The position numbers and the translations under genes were made by a program. 17,725 bases of DNA from Planctomycetota bacterium. Its GTDB lineage: Bacteria; Planctomycetota; GCA-002687715; DRQF01. Of this stretch, positions 17,117 to 17,725 are shown piece after piece; positions within the stretch are counted from its first letter, which is position 1, and every line of letters begins with the position of its first letter. The notes beneath the pieces were generated by a model. It had not been told where the DNA came from. It searched no databases and was given only the letters and a program-made list of their open reading frames with translations. Location of the stretch: contig JALTLO010000204.1 of assembly GCA_027001995.1 (NCBI GenBank), positions 65,364-83,088 of the forward strand, given 5' to 3'.

Positions 17117-17725
17117 CTACTTACCAACGCAGAAGTCACGCATGATCCGGTCGAGAATCTCTTCTGTGTACTCTTCGCCAGTCAAGATTCGCAGACAGCG
17201 CAATGCCTCATGGAGGTCTGCTGCCACGAGCTCTAAACCCAACATTTGGGCAGCTGTTTCCCCGCTGCGTTGAAGAGCTTCGGAAGCTGCTGCAAATCCT
17301 TCTCTGTGGCGCTGATCAAGATGAGCAAGAGCTTGATCGCTGCCCTTTTCGTCTTCTGCAACGAGGCGCTGCAAATAAGCTTGGACATCGGCGATGCCTT
17401 CTTGAGTCCTCGAACTAAACCAAATGTCTTGGGATCGGCGGTGGGCGCTTTGGTCTCGCCAAGGAAGGCGATCTGAGTGACTCACCAAACAGGTGCTCTC
17501 ATCATCTAAGCTCGAGATCCCTGCAAACAAAGACTCAGCATTCACCACGGGAACAAGAAAATCAGCCTCTCCAGTTTCTCGGTCTCGCATTTTATGGGCT
17601 TGTCGATCAACGTCAGTATCCAGAAAATCGTCACCAGCGGTGTCCACCAGGACAATCCTCGTGCCGCCGATATCAATCTCAGCTTCCAAGAAGTCTCGGG
17701 TGGTTCCCTTGATATGGGAAACGAT
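17117..17725 (-). CDS. mnmE: tRNA modification GTPase MnmE (C-terminal part; 5'-truncated by window edge)
   Basis: Frame is open to the window end: IVSHIKGTTRD (switch I), LVDTAG (G3), ELVAADL...LTGE...ILDRI, and terminal FCVGK. Confidence 0.95.
   Translation of the reverse strand: MVSHIKGTTRDFLEAEIDIGGTRIVLVDTAGDDFLDTDVDRQAHKMRDRETGEADFLVPVVNAESLFAGISSLDDESTCLVSHSDRLPWRDQSAHRRSQDIWFSSRTQEGIADVQAYLQRLVAEDEKGSDQALAHLDQRHREGFAAASEALQRSGETAAQMLGLELVAADLHEALRCLRILTGEEYTEEILDRIMRDFCVGK

Noticed and set aside
1..17725. CRISPR arrays, tRNA/rRNA genes, IS elements, prophage or defence genes
   Set aside because: No repeat-spacer arrays, cloverleaf or rRNA signatures, or transposase/integrase motifs were seen; intergenic gaps are all under 300 nt.

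Overview
Bacterial chromosomal window. Every supported gene lies on the minus strand. Gene content and protein style suggest Planctomycetota, but that is inference only. In transcription order (right to left): 3' part of mnmE; a regulatory intergenic region with tandem NrdR boxes and DnaA-like 9-mers; nrdR; a 696-aa protein with two ATP cones that looks like a catalytically dead class III ribonucleotide reductase (NrdD) derivative ending in a QxxLF motif; a secreted protein (cupredoxin-like / carboxypeptidase-regulatory-like plus parvulin-like domains); smc; an intrinsic terminator; a membrane-anchored HEAT-like protein; a pentapeptide-repeat protein; truA; hpf; yvcK; ptsH; ptsI; and the start of a type IV pilus alignment operon pilM-pilN-pilO (pilO cut by the window edge and absent from the ORF track). 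Most of the window is housekeeping. The standout is the nrdR + pseudo-NrdD module, which keeps its NrdR operators but has lost all recognisable radical chemistry. All family calls come from motif recognition by eye; no database searches were run.
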